From Amoebophrya sp. A120 (taxonomy: Eukaryota; Protista; Dinoflagellata), in contig CAJINV010000021.1 of the NCBI GenBank assembly GCA_905178155.1, forward strand, positions 349,760-413,759: a DNA stretch of 64,000 nt. The letters are read 5' to 3'. This document shows, in pieces, positions 63,023-64,000 of this stretch. The notes beneath the pieces are model-generated. The model did not search any database and was not told the DNA's origin. It saw only the letters and a list, made by a program, of their open reading frames with translations. Positions within the stretch are counted from its first letter, which is position 1. Every line of letters begins with the position of its first letter. A program made the position numbers and the translations under genes.

Positions 63023-63922
63023 TGAAGATTTATTTGACGATAGTTTTCTTTTCCGGACAGAAGCAGGACGACATGGAGGATCGATGGTGATATATTGTCC
63101 GATGTGCTGTTAGTGTCAGTAAGAGGATCGATCTTCCGCCCGACATCTAGGGTCCTGATTGTTGTGTTAGCAATCGTCTCGCCGAAGGAGCGTCGAGCTA
63201 CTATACCATTCTGTCGATGCTGTCGTAGTGGTCGTCGCCAATAGAAAATGGCTTGTGGCAGGGACCTTGAGAGAGACGTAGAGTAGCGCAGCGGAGTCGC
63301 GTTTATTGAAGAATCTGACGGAGTTGCGCGAAAGCTTGAAGACATCTCTGTAGTTCATCTCGTGGTCGTTGTTCTGATAGAGTCGTGAGTTCGTGCGGCA
63401 ATGACCACATGCAAGAGCAGAGGCAGAGGGCACGTCGACGTATTTGTGTCGGACAAGAACGCACAAGATACGCCATTTTGGTAGCATCAGTTTGAAAAAG
63501 AATCCATAAAGTAGGAGCTTAGGGAGCTTTTGACCACGGAACAATAAGGCAGATACATAGAAGTAGAACAAGAACCTGAAGCAGGAGATATGCTAAAGTA
63601 AGAATAAAAACAGATGGGCTTCCGGCTCTCACTCTCTTTGACTGCGTGTGGACGGCGCTGCATTAGAAAAATAATCGGACAATCATTGATCGAACAATGG
63701 TAGAAATACGTACTACGGAGTGGGACAAGCGTACTCTGTCCGATCTTTTGTGGAAGCGCTGGTTGTTCTTGCTCCAAGCTGCATCGTAAAAAGGAATAAG
63801 CCGGCCAGTACATCACTCAGCAAGTGAATCGACTCTAAAGTCGATGCAAGAACAACCTCCAACGACACCAATCGGAAAAGAAAACGTCGACGTCCTGCAA
63901 GACCAAGAGTACCAGCGACGCC

Positions 63923-64000
63923 ATGGACTACTCCACGATACGCGAGAAAGAGGTTCCGCCTTTTTACCAGGACTGGATCGGTCGAATTGGAACTACAAAC
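63923..64000 (+). CDS. Possible start of the next gene (3'-partial)
   Basis: gccATGg context, open frame MDYSTIREKEVPPFLPGLDRSNWNYK to the window end; too short to verify. Confidence 0.3.
   Translation, partial: MDYSTIREKEVPPFYQDWIGRIGTTN

Overview
Eukaryotic, gene-dense window with about 10-11 intron-containing genes, all on the + strand. The architecture closely matches the parasitic syndinian dinoflagellate Amoebophrya (inference from structure, no search run). The dominant feature is 36 short (115-320 bp) non-autonomous elements in about 11 sequence families. Nearly all start TAT and end ATA, carry terminal inverted repeats (TIRs) and sit between 5-bp direct repeats (23 perfect, 9 with one mismatch, 4 degenerate). 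All lie inside inferred coding sequence, and removing an element plus one repeat copy restores the reading frame each time, although the boundaries are not GT-AG: these are transposon-derived non-canonical introns (introners). The same element occurs in both orientations in + strand genes, unrelated families share an internal TTTGTNATGC motif, a tandem pair of phospholipase-like paralogs provides mutual empty sites for 11 insertions, and one introner carries a nested 5'-truncated LINE with an 18-bp target duplication and (TC)n tail. Recognisable proteins: a TPR protein, two cPLA2/patatin-like lipases, a kinesin-13-like motor with an MGGCC N-terminus, and a secreted Cys/Pro-rich PAN/Apple-like protein. 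No autonomous transposase is visible.
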